From assembly GCA_965112635.1 (NCBI GenBank), contig OZ218778.1, forward strand, positions 64,001 to 128,000: a DNA stretch of 64,000 nt. The letters run 5' to 3'. The position numbers and the translations under genes are program-made. Shown one piece after another: positions 31,180 through 40,734 of the stretch. Under the pieces are notes generated by a model that was given only the letters and a program-made list of their open reading frames with translations, was not told where the DNA came from and searched no databases. How positions within the stretch are numbered: position 1 is the first letter of the stretch; each line of letters begins with the position of its first letter. This stretch comes from an uncultured bacterium. GTDB lineage: Bacteria > Oederibacteriota > Oederibacteriia > Oederibacteriales > Oederibacteriaceae.

Positions 31180-34100
31180 TCAGCGGGTGATGGCGATTTT
31201 ACCGGCCTTCCTCACATGGCTGGAACCACGAACAACCTCAACGCTATAGAAATAAAGCCCGTTACTCAACCCAAATCCATTGGCATCTTTAACGTCCCAC
31301 ATAATGGAGTTGGTTCCATAGGCCTTAGGACAATTTCCAATAACTTTAATCAGCCTGGCGGATATTGTATATATCCTAATAGTAACACTATCTACATCCG
31401 AAGTAGGAAGGAAATAGCTCAGGCTGATCACATCTCCCTTTGTCAAAGGATTCGGATATGGAATCACATTCTGCACGCCTAAAGCGCTAATGACAGGGGT
31501 TGGAGTCATCGTAATGGTATTCGTATAGGTCAGGCTCACCGACGCAGTTAACCACTCAGAATAGCTCCATGTAGCCGTAACCGTTGGCGTAGACATAGCT
31601 GTGGCCGTATTCTCCACATGATAGACTCCCAGGCTCAACTCTGACACCCCACCGTTACCTCCCCCTCTCACGAACCCAGGGGTAAAGCCTGACGCCTGAG
31701 TATAGGTAACTGTAGCAGTGGATGTTTTGCTTGCCGTGGCCGTCGCCGTTTGGGTTTTGGACGGTGTAAGCGTAATCGTATAAGTTGAGGTGGTGGTATT
31801 GGCGCAAGTACAGGAGGCGGCAGTGCTAATTCTGAAATCAGCTATCGGAGCCAGGCAGGAATAATAGCCGGGGTACCCGCCATCTCCTGCGGTCGCTCCC
31901 AAGTTAAACATGGAGCTACTGCCCCAGCTGTTTGTGGCCGCAGTATAACTACTGGTTTGAACCAGAACATCATTAATGTATAGATAGGTATGCGTTCCAT
32001 CCCACCCTAATCTTACTTTCATAATGACACCATTTCCAAACGTGACATCCTCTTGTCCTGATGGAACATAATAAAATGTTCCAGTGGCACTATTCGTTCT
32101 AAAGTACAACGCCAAATTGTTTCCCGCTGGAGAAACATAAAAATCATATATCGACCGGGTTCCGTTGTCAGTGACATCAAAGACCCAATATTGTTTATTC
32201 TCAGTCTTCCTAGCAGTCCAGCTTTCGTTTGACTTCAGATAAAAGGTAACATCGCCCCCGCAGGAGTTGAAAATATTTCCCACTTGCGGCCCAGTCCAGC
32301 TATACCATCCTGATTGGTTGTTACTGGCTGCTCCAAAATACACGCCGTCCGTGGCGCTGCCCACAGGCTCAAATGCGCTGAAATTAACCGAACCCCCACT
32401 ATTTATACGGACAGTACCTTGATACCCTTGGGCTGGAAATACTGGCAGTCCGTTCGTTCCATATCCGCTGGGAACTTCAGAGCTGTTTCCATCTATCAAC
32501 ATCTGTACACAGGAGGGGTTAAAAGGCGTAACAGTATTGGTTGGAGTAAAGGTAAAAGTGCCCACTGCTGTTCCAGTAGTAGTTGCAGTTTGTGTTTGCG
32601 TGTTCGTCCCTATTGTTGTTGCTGTTGAAGTAGTTGTCACAGTTGCTGTACCCGTACTGGTCATAGTAGATGTACCGGTAATGGTTGCCGTTTGAGTTGC
32701 TGTATTCGCAGCAGTGGCAGTTAAAGTTATCGTCGCCGTGGGTGTCTCCGTGGACGTAACAGTGACCGATAACGTCAGAGTCTGCGTAGGAGTTTGTGTG
32801 GCCGTGGCTGTTTGGGTATATGTGTTTGATGCAGCCAGAGTATACGTAGATGTTGGAGTAGTTGTAGTAGTATTGGCGCAGGGGCAGGAGCTCGACGTGC
32901 TTATCTGGAAATCAGCTATCGGGGCCAAGCAGGAAAAATATCCAGGATAACCGCCATCCATTGTTGTTGCCCCAAAATTAAACATGGAGTTGCTGCCCCA
33001 GCCATCAGTCGCCGCAGTATAACTAATGGTCTGAACCAGAGCATGATTGATATAAAGGTAATTATTTGTTCCATCCCACCGCAGTCTTACTTTCATAATG
33101 GCACCATTCCCAAATGTGGCATCCTCTTGTCCTGTGGGAACGTAATAAATGTGGCCGCTGGTCTCGTTCGTCTGGTAGACAAGCGTTAAATATCCACTCT
33201 GCGGTTGAATATAAAAATAGTACACCTGCCGGCTTCCAGTATCGGTGACATCAAAGACATAGTATTTTGTGTTTTCAGTCTGTCTGGCTGCCCAGGTTTC
33301 GTTGCCCTTTAGGTAAAAAGAGACATCCCCGCCGCAGGAATTGAAAATATTTCCAATTTCTGGCCCGGTCCAGCTATACCAGGCTGAATTAGTAACTTGC
33401 TGCTTGCCTGCTTCAAAATATACACCGTCTGTAGCACTGCCTAAAGGCTCAAAAACATCATAATTCACAGAACCAGTTCCATTTATGTGGACGGTGCCTT
33501 GATACCCTTTGGTTGGATATACTGGATTCCCGTTGGAATTTCCGTTGGGCACTTCCGAACTGTTCCCCGCTATCTTTAGCTGCACGCAGGAAGGAACAAA
33601 GGGTGTGGCCGTATAAGTTGGAGTCCCAGTCGTTGATGCTGTCGTTGTATTGGTAGTTGTAGGCGAACAACCCGAAATTGTGCTCGAAGTAAAAGAAGAC
33701 ACATAACCACTGCCAAGCGTGTTGTTTTCATTATAACTGTGCATGCCAACTACCGTATTTGAGCCTAATGCAGTGTCTGTTTCCGTATCAACCAAGTTCC
33801 AATTTATATAAATTTGAACGCTGCTTCCAGTATAAGTCGCAGTTATGGTATCTCCATCAGCAGCAACAGGTCCAATATTTTTAAAAACAACGATGTTATC
33901 ATCAACATCTTCTTCTAGGTAATATTGATCACCGCTTATCCCCGAAACAGACCAATAACTTATGGGGATGGGGATATCGGATTGTAATAACGCCCTGAAA
34001 TACATTTCCCATGTGCAATAACCAGAATTAAAACTATTCACAACCATTGTGGTGGTTCCATCACCATTAAAACTGTCTATATACGCTTCCCCATCATCAT

Positions 34101-36567
34101 TAAAGGCATCAGCCATATTGTTAGTTATTCTAATATCGGTATCAACACCGTAGGTCCACCATTGTCCCGTGTCCGCAGTTCCGAGAGTTGGGGCATTAGG
34201 TCGGTGGAATGAATCGCTTATTACTGGCCCGCAAATCACCCTTGTGACCGTGGAGGTACCCGTTTGAGTTGCCGTAGCCGTGGCGGTTTGCGTGCTCGTG
34301 ACTGTCGCCGCTGGAGAGGCCGTAGTAGTAATGGTCGCCGTAGGAATAGGCGTATAATTCAGAGCACTAATTTTTGCCACCAAAGCTTCCGCGTCTGCAC
34401 CAGCAGCAGGATCCCATCCGCCCACATAGCAATTATTAAATTGATCTAAGGCAATACCCGTTGCATCAGAATCAGTATTAGCTACTGTTCCCAAAAATTG
34501 TGAGAATAGTACAGGTGCTGATGGAAAAACAGCGGGATTTAATATGGCGACGAACCCATCACTTCCAGTTAGTCCACCCATGAAGTTGGGTGTGTTGTAG
34601 AAGGAACCGTCGGAAGATAAAGTATATCCAGCCACATAAACCAAACCGTTTGAACCTACAGCGATTGCGTTGGCATAGTCATTTGAATCTCCCCCTAAAT
34701 AGGTGAAATAATTCAGATCTGTCAAACCATTGGTAAATTGGGCAACAAAAGCATCGCCACCCCAATAATAATCAATATTGGAATTACCACCACTATAGGG
34801 GTAGCCATTGGAGTTAAAGTTGGGGGAAGTAGTATTTCCCGTCACCCAAATATTAAAAGTATTTGGATCAATAGCGATGGCATTGAATGAAGTGTCTTGT
34901 GATCCACACACAACGGCTGAGGACACAATAGTCTCAGATGCAGTAGGCTGGGGGTACAACAACGAGACAAACCCGTAAAAAAATGCAAATTGGGCACCTG
35001 AGGCACCCCACTCATAATTAAGGCCAGGAAGGTCAAGACCAGCTGTCTCTCCGGCCACAAAGACACTCCCAAGTTGATTTGCAACAATCCCCCAGCCTTC
35101 ATCACCGTATCCTAAAAAGGTCGAGTATTCCACGTTCGATAAAGTAGCACAATCCAACTCAGTTACAAAGGCCGATGAAATCGCATCGCATGTCGTTTGA
35201 ATAGCATTAGAGGTCAAGGGGAAATCGCTAGAGTTTGTGTCTCCAGTCACAAAGACATTTCCATTCCCTTCAACATCAAGGGCAATACCGTTGCCCCAAG
35301 TATCCCCGTTGTTTGAAGAGGTGCCCCTAGAGCCCCCAAGGAGAGTGGAGACTACACAAGTACCTGAAGAATTAAACTTGGCCACGAAGGCGTCGTTTAA
35401 TCCAGAAAAAGGCATTCCACTACCGATCACAGGAAAATCGCTTGCATAGGTGCCGCCAGTTATATACGAATTGTCGCTGCCATCTACGGCTATTGAATTT
35501 CCAAGTACATTAAATTGACTCTCATTACTCCCCCCCAAATAAGTGATCCAATTTAGGGAAAGAACTGGAACGGTAGTAAACTGAGCCACAAAAATGTCTG
35601 AATTGTCTGTGCCTGTAAATGAATTGGTGGCTGGCAGGTTGGTGGAAGTAGTAGATCCCTCCAAATAAACAAAGTTTCCACTTGGATCCACACTTATTCC
35701 GCAACCTAAATTATTGCCATTCCCCCCAAGCAAGATGATGGAAACAACAGGATCAATCACCAGGGGACGGGAGCGATCATAATTCTTGATCTCAAACCCT
35801 ACCGCATGGTCTTCCTTTTTCACATAATGGCCCTCTAGCTGCTCCCTTTTTCCATCTTTCTCCTGATAGATCACCGGAGACTCAAAACCCACCGAACCTA
35901 TCCCGGTTCTTAGTGTCAAATTCCCGTTCGCATCTGGCTCCGCATCCTCCGCTCCTTCCCACTTTAACCGGATCACCCCAGGATCAGTCCCTGGTTTTAC
36001 AACAAAAACATATTCCAATTTCCTTTGGTTGCCGTAGTAAACCATATCCACACCGGGATAGATGTTTTCCGCCTTTACCTGCGCGTACAAGGGCACCTTG
36101 GTCCGGTCCTTGGAACGGTCTTTCCCCAAGAAATAATTAGCGGTAGCCGTCATTTTATCCATCCCTTGCCAACTGGCCTTGATGTCAGCCCCATCCAGTT
36201 TGATCCGTATCACTGCTTCCCCATTATTATGTTCTTTGTCAGCGCCTCGTTTTTTGGACAGAAGATTTTTCCTGGCTGCTTGTTTCACAAGTTTCAGTAC
36301 CGCCTCGTTAGCAGTGATAAAAATTGCATTTCCCCTGGCCCTGGAATAATACCAAACGGAAGGATCGGCCTGTCCTTCGTTTGCCTCAAAGAACAAAGGA
36401 AAATCAGCGTATGATATTTTGGGATTAAGATGGATTGCTGTTTTTACAATAGGTTTTTGTGCTGAAATTTTTTCAAGAGGCATTGTGACGAGAAGACAAA
36501 GAAAAATGAAAATGAATATTATGAGGTGAGGGCTTTTTAATCTGCATTTTTGAAAGGTATTAGACAT
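31180..36567 (-). CDS. Large secreted multidomain protein: SBBP-type propeller, Thr-rich linkers, duplicated beta-sandwich module, C-terminal T9SS/FlgD-Ig-like sorting domain
   Basis: N-region P..FEANEGQ..YPGVDMVYYGNQRKLEY..RPLVIDP; SBBP-like repeats (IAVD...YITGGT..DFP, DAFVAKF); C-terminus YPNP..IRIY..WD..GLYFY..KIAITR. Start set at ATG 36567 (track starts at TTG 36639). Confidence 0.82.
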   Translation of the reverse strand: MSNTFQKCRLKSPHLIIFIFIFLCLLVTMPLEKISAQKPIVKTAIHLNPKISYADFPLFFEANEGQADPSVWYYSRARGNAIFITANEAVLKLVKQAARKNLLSKKRGADKEHNNGEAVIRIKLDGADIKASWQGMDKMTATANYFLGKDRSKDRTKVPLYAQVKAENIYPGVDMVYYGNQRKLEYVFVVKPGTDPGVIRLKWEGAEDAEPDANGNLTLRTGIGSVGFESPVIYQEKDGKREQLEGHYVKKEDHAVGFEIKNYDRSRPLVIDPVVSIILLGGNGNNLGCGISVDPSGNFVYLEGSTTSTNLPATNSFTGTDNSDIFVAQFTTVPVLSLNWITYLGGSNESQFNVLGNSIAVDGSDNSYITGGTYASDFPVIGSGMPFSGLNDAFVAKFNSSGTCVVSTLLGGSRGTSSNNGDTWGNGIALDVEGNGNVFVTGDTNSSDFPLTSNAIQTTCDAISSAFVTELDCATLSNVEYSTFLGYGDEGWGIVANQLGSVFVAGETAGLDLPGLNYEWGASGAQFAFFYGFVSLLYPQPTASETIVSSAVVCGSQDTSFNAIAIDPNTFNIWVTGNTTSPNFNSNGYPYSGGNSNIDYYWGGDAFVAQFTNGLTDLNYFTYLGGDSNDYANAIAVGSNGLVYVAGYTLSSDGSFYNTPNFMGGLTGSDGFVAILNPAVFPSAPVLFSQFLGTVANTDSDATGIALDQFNNCYVGGWDPAAGADAEALVAKISALNYTPIPTATITTTASPAATVTSTQTATATATQTGTSTVTRVICGPVISDSFHRPNAPTLGTADTGQWWTYGVDTDIRITNNMADAFNDDGEAYIDSFNGDGTTTMVVNSFNSGYCTWEMYFRALLQSDIPIPISYWSVSGISGDQYYLEEDVDDNIVVFKNIGPVAADGDTITATYTGSSVQIYINWNLVDTETDTALGSNTVVGMHSYNENNTLGSGYVSSFTSSTISGCSPTTTNTTTASTTGTPTYTATPFVPSCVQLKIAGNSSEVPNGNSNGNPVYPTKGYQGTVHINGTGSVNYDVFEPLGSATDGVYFEAGKQQVTNSAWYSWTGPEIGNIFNSCGGDVSFYLKGNETWAARQTENTKYYVFDVTDTGSRQVYYFYIQPQSGYLTLVYQTNETSGHIYYVPTGQEDATFGNGAIMKVRLRWDGTNNYLYINHALVQTISYTAATDGWGSNSMFNFGATTMDGGYPGYFSCLAPIADFQISTSSSCPCANTTTTTPTSTYTLAASNTYTQTATATQTPTQTLTLSVTVTSTETPTATITLTATAANTATQTATITGTSTMTSTGTATVTTTSTATTIGTNTQTQTATTTGTAVGTFTFTPTNTVTPFNPSCVQMLIDGNSSEVPSGYGTNGLPVFPAQGYQGTVRINSGGSVNFSAFEPVGSATDGVYFGAASNNQSGWYSWTGPQVGNIFNSCGGDVTFYLKSNESWTARKTENKQYWVFDVTDNGTRSIYDFYVSPAGNNLALYFRTNSATGTFYYVPSGQEDVTFGNGVIMKVRLGWDGTHTYLYINDVLVQTSSYTAATNSWGSSSMFNLGATAGDGGYPGYYSCLAPIADFRISTAASCTCANTTTSTYTITLTPSKTQTATATASKTSTATVTYTQASGFTPGFVRGGGNGGVSELSLGVYHVENTATAMSTPTVTATWSYSEWLTASVSLTYTNTITMTPTPVISALGVQNVIPYPNPLTKGDVISLSYFLPTSDVDSVTIRIYTISARLIKVIGNCPKAYGTNSIMWDVKDANGFGLSNGLYFYSVEVVRGSSHVRKAGKIAITR

Positions 36568-36818
36568 AAAAATCCTTTCTTCAGACAAATTATAGAACCC
36601 ACGAAAATATCTGAAAAAAAGTATATTCCGCATATCCAATTATTCAAGTTAAAAAATTGCTAAAAAAGCGTTAAAAAGACAAGTGGTTTTGTAACTCAAT
36701 GTAAAAAACCAGGATGTTAACCCGGGAATTTGTCTTACGACCCAAAAGGAATGAAAACCTAAAAATTTCCAATCTTCACCATTTTGATCTAAGGCAAAGG
36801 AGGGCAGAAATATATTAC

Positions 36819-38357
36819 CTACCGAAGCATTATAAATTTCTTTGGACCTATTTTGCTGGAACCTAAAGAGCCGTAATCAATGTTAATCATGTACAGATAA
36901 ACCCCTGTGGCAAATTTACTGGTGTCTATCAAGCTCGCCTGTGAGCCTGCTGGCTTGACTTCACCTACTGTTTCCACCAGTTCAGCGACCTCATTGTAAA
37001 CCCGTATCTTCACATAGCCCGGCGCTGATAAACAATAGGCGATGGTGGCCTCATCTCCCTTAACCGGCGAGGGATAGATATAGGATGTTCCGGGGTCGCA
37101 CGGAACCGACACAGGTATGGGAGTGGCTGTTACAGTAGGGATAGGAGTAATTGTAGGAGTGTAGTTATTGTATATCAGCACCCGGTTATTTGCCCCATCC
37201 TCAACATAAAGACGTGTGCCATCGCTATAAACACCCCAGGGATAGAAAAGCGTGCTGGCTCCCACTCCTCCCCCCTGATTGGCTGTGCCTGTGAGCATGT
37301 TGGGCTGGCCTATGACCATATCCGCCGGGGCGTTATTAACCGCCGGGATGCTGTTGTAAATCAGCACACGCGAATTTTGACAATCAGAGATATAGAGTTT
37401 TGGACCATCGCTGTATACAGCCCTTGGGAAAAAAAAACCGTTGGCGGTTATCGTGGTGCAAACACACTGGTTTGCAGCCCCTGAGCTCATTGTGCTCTGG
37501 CCTACGACTACATCTGCCAAGGCGTTATTAACTGTCGGAATGCTGTTATAGATTAATACCCGGTTGTTGCTACCATCCGTGATAAAGAGCCGTGTGCCAT
37601 CGCTGTAAACTCCATATGGCCCGCTAAGGGTATTGGCTCCCACAACCCCACCTTGGTTGGGACTGCTGCCGCTCATAGTGCTCTGGCCTACGACCACATC
37701 TGCCGAGGCGTTATTAACCGTAGGAATGCTGTTGTAAATCAGCACACGCATATTTCCACCATCAGAGATATAGAGTTTTGTACCATCGCTGTAAACTCCC
37801 TCAGGCTGGAAAAGCGTATTGGCTCCCACAACCCCACCTTGGTTGGAGCTGCTGCCGCTCATAGTGCTCTGGCCTACGACTACATCAGCCGAGGCATTAT
37901 TAACCGTAGGAATGCTGTTATATATCAGCACCCGGCTGTTGAAGTTATCCGCAATAAAGAGCCGTGTGCCATCGCTGTAGACCCCCATGGGGAGATACAA
38001 AGTATTGGCTGCCGTTACGCCTCCTTGGTTGGCACTACTCCCGCTCATGTTGGCCTGGCCCACCACCACATCAGCCGAGGCGTTATTAGTTGTTGGGATG
38101 CTATTGTAGATCAGCACCCGGTTGTTGACATGATCCGCAATAAAGAGCCGTGTGCCATCGCTGTAGACCCCAATGGGGTTATATAAAGTATTGGCGGCCG
38201 CCGAACCACCCCGGTTAGCAGTGTTCGTGAGCATATTGGGCTGGCCTATGACCACATCCGCGGGTTGGTCTGTCCAATAGCCAAATACTGCCATTGGGCA
38301 AGCCAGGAAAAAGCATGCGGCAGCAACCAGTAACCCTGTTTTAATGCGTATGTCCAT
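36819..38357 (-). CDS. Secreted NHL-repeat protein with T/P linker and T9SS-like C-terminal domain
   Basis: Six ~61-aa repeats P.GVYSDGTRLFI.D..N.RVLIYNSIP..NNA.ADVVVGQ; C-terminus IYPSP..KIRVYN..GVYLY..KKFIMLR. Confidence 0.85.
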   Translation of the reverse strand: MDIRIKTGLLVAAACFFLACPMAVFGYWTDQPADVVIGQPNMLTNTANRGGSAAANTLYNPIGVYSDGTRLFIADHVNNRVLIYNSIPTTNNASADVVVGQANMSGSSANQGGVTAANTLYLPMGVYSDGTRLFIADNFNSRVLIYNSIPTVNNASADVVVGQSTMSGSSSNQGGVVGANTLFQPEGVYSDGTKLYISDGGNMRVLIYNSIPTVNNASADVVVGQSTMSGSSPNQGGVVGANTLSGPYGVYSDGTRLFITDGSNNRVLIYNSIPTVNNALADVVVGQSTMSSGAANQCVCTTITANGFFFPRAVYSDGPKLYISDCQNSRVLIYNSIPAVNNAPADMVIGQPNMLTGTANQGGGVGASTLFYPWGVYSDGTRLYVEDGANNRVLIYNNYTPTITPIPTVTATPIPVSVPCDPGTSYIYPSPVKGDEATIAYCLSAPGYVKIRVYNEVAELVETVGEVKPAGSQASLIDTSKFATGVYLYMINIDYGSLGSSKIGPKKFIMLR

Positions 38358-38907
38358 CTCGGAATCCCCTTTTAACCTTTTCCTTGCTACGGCTAGGCCT
38401 GCTCTTATTATTTCCTTTCTAAAACAATTATAAACCTGCTTTGCCTAGAATAATATCTTTGAGAAATCTGGCGGTAGTAATGCTGCCTGAAAAATCCACT
38501 CGAGGCCTTTACCTTATATATAAAGCCAATTCATTTCCAATTGCCATCAATCTGGCTGACAAATAGTATCAACCTCCAAATTCAAATAATCATGTATTAA
38601 TTACTAATAAATTTTAACTCCCCCCTATCTTGTTTTCTTCAAATTACACCGTCTCGGTACCCGACCAACTCACCCTCAATCCTCACTAATCTATTTAATG
38701 TTATTGAGGGGGAGTTAGTTGGGGAGAACCAAGCGCAGCGAAGGTGTCAGAGACGGTGGAAATACAAGGAGAAAAACAACTATAGGGGGGATATATAGAA
38801 CTATAGGGCTGAAATGTTTCACCCCCTTGAATTTGTCAACTGGGAAGGCTCCTCTATTTCACCCAATTCAAAGGCAACGTGTTCACCCAAAAGGTTAATC
38901 CAGTCTA

Positions 38908-39148
38908 CTTCGACTCCTTTTTCCATTTCATTCATCCCATAACCCGCCGCTTTGCGGCGCTATACGGGATGGCTGGGGGAGTAGGAGTCCTGCTCCCTCG
39001 GTGCTTCGCACCTCATCCGCAGCCGGCCGCCCTCGCTTCATCTGCCACTGGCAGCGCTCGGGTCGGCTTCGACTCCTTTTTCCATTTCATTCATCCCATA
39101 ACCCGCCGCTTTGCGGCGCTATACGGGATGGCTGGGGGAGTAGGAGTC
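38908..39148. repeat. 82-bp exact direct repeat (38908-38989 = 39067-39148) including the 3' 20 nt of tRNA-Gln
   Basis: Direct comparison; offset 159 bp; 77-bp GC-rich spacer. Confidence 0.92.
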
Positions 39149-39203
39149 GAACCTACAATAGGCAGATTCAGAGTCTGCTGTCCTGCCATTAGACGATCCC
39201 CCA
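39129..39203 (-). tRNA. tRNA-Gln(CTG)
   Basis: TGGGGGATCGTCTAATGGCAGGACAGCAGACTCTGAATCTGCCTATTGTAGGTTCGACTCCTACTCCCCCAGCCA: cloverleaf, CTG anticodon, encoded CCA. Confidence 0.95.
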
Positions 39204-39283
39204 ACTGTACATGGCCATCGAGTGTTTATTTTAACTAAAATAAAAGCACAGAAATACTAACATCTGGAGGCAAATCCGACAAG

Positions 39284-40729
39284 TTACCGCTGCAGAACGC
39301 GCTGGATACGCTGGACGCACTTTTCTTTGCCCAGCAGTTCCATGATATCAAAAAGGCCGGGCCCGATGGTCCGCCCGGTCAGGCTGACCCTCAAAGGATG
39401 GATAAGCTGGGCCGGTTTTACTTTGAGTTCTTCGGCGTATTGCCTGACCATCTGTTCGGCCTCCTCCTTGTTGAAATTTCCCGCCCTGGCCAGGCGCGCC
39501 TGCAATTCTTTCAACTGCGTGAGGCTGACTTCGTTCTCCAGCCACTTTTTTTCCGCGCTCTCCTCGAACGCATAATCATCCCTGAAAAAATAATCCACGA
39601 ATTCCGGGAAGACCTGGAAGGTTTGAATCCTTTCCCTTTCCAGATCCAGAAGGCGTAAAAAAAGTTTTTTTTGCTCTTCCGTGATAGGGTCGGAGACCAA
39701 TTTCCGCTCTTGCATCATGGGCAGGATGGCCTGGTAAAGCCGCTCCTGCGGCATCTGCCGAATATAAACGCCATTCATCCAGTCCAGTTTTTTCTGGTCA
39801 AAGATGGCAGGGTTCTTGCCCACCCGTTCCAAAGTGAACTTCTCAATCAGCTCGGAAAGCGAAAAAAGCTGTTGGCTGTCCGAGGTGGACCACCCCAGCA
39901 AAGAGAGATAGTTGACCAGGACTTCCGGTAAATAGCCCAGCTCCCTGTATTCGGTCACCAGCGTGGCCCCGTGCCTTTTGCTAAGGCGTTTCTTGTCCGG
40001 GCCCAGGATCTGGGGCAGGTGGGCGTAGCGGGGCACGGGTTGGCCCAAAGCCTGGTGGAGGAGGATCTGGCGGGGGGTGTTGGAAAGATGGTCGTCTCCC
40101 CGGATGACATGAGTGATCTCCATGGCCCCGTCGTCCACGGCGCAGGCGAAATTAAAAGCCGGCCCGCCGTCCGATTTCATCAGCACAAAATCGTCGATCT
40201 CTTTATGGTCCACTTGGTTGAGGCCATGCACCATGTCCTCGAAACTGGTCATCCCGGGTTCAACTTTGAACCTCCACACGAACCTTTCGCCGTTGGCTAT
40301 CCGTTTTTCGGCTTCAGCGCTGGGAAGAGACCGACACTGGCCGTCATAACGCGGCGGGAGTTTTTTAGCGGCCATTTCCGCCCTTTTTGCGGCAAGTTCG
40401 TCAGGGGTGCAAAAGCAAGGATAGACCTGGTTGTTTTTTTGGAGTGTGGCCAAGGCCCGGCCGTAAATGTCCAAGCGCTGGGACTGGAAATAAGGGCTCT
40501 TGGGCCCGCCGATCTTCGGACCTTCCTGGTAGTCCATGCCCAGCCATTTCAGGCTGTCCAAAATAGCCTGGGTAAAACGTTCCTCGGACCTTTCCTTATC
40601 CGTATCCTCGATCCTGAGGATAAAAACCCCTTTTTCATGCTTGGCAAAAAGCCAGTTGAAAAGCGCAGTACGGACATTGCCTATATGGAGGAACCCGGTA
40701 GGTGATGGAGCGAAACGGACCCTGACCAT
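39284..40729 (-). CDS. gltX: Glutamate--tRNA ligase
   Basis: RFAPSPTGFLHIG, RIEDTD, RLSKRHG motifs; ATG 40729. Confidence 0.96.
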   Translation of the reverse strand: MVRVRFAPSPTGFLHIGNVRTALFNWLFAKHEKGVFILRIEDTDKERSEERFTQAILDSLKWLGMDYQEGPKIGGPKSPYFQSQRLDIYGRALATLQKNNQVYPCFCTPDELAAKRAEMAAKKLPPRYDGQCRSLPSAEAEKRIANGERFVWRFKVEPGMTSFEDMVHGLNQVDHKEIDDFVLMKSDGGPAFNFACAVDDGAMEITHVIRGDDHLSNTPRQILLHQALGQPVPRYAHLPQILGPDKKRLSKRHGATLVTEYRELGYLPEVLVNYLSLLGWSTSDSQQLFSLSELIEKFTLERVGKNPAIFDQKKLDWMNGVYIRQMPQERLYQAILPMMQERKLVSDPITEEQKKLFLRLLDLERERIQTFQVFPEFVDYFFRDDYAFEESAEKKWLENEVSLTQLKELQARLARAGNFNKEEAEQMVRQYAEELKVKPAQLIHPLRVSLTGRTIGPGLFDIMELLGKEKCVQRIQRVLQR

Positions 40730-40734
40730 TGGAT

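Noticed and set aside
37200-38260. Near-identical ~183-bp repeats
   Set aside because: Coding NHL repeats of the 512-aa protein, not an array.
38818-38888. Three TTCACCC heptamers
   Set aside because: Short and irregularly spaced (40 and 24 bp); not enough to call an operator.
29750-39130. Intact prophage or integrative element at tRNA-Gln
   Set aside because: No integrase, phage or conjugation genes, and no distant att copy was seen.
38879-39238. 119-aa ORF with an internal repeat (also ORFs 50672-50935 and 50733-50975)
   Set aside because: These overlap tRNA genes or their non-coding repeats; spurious.
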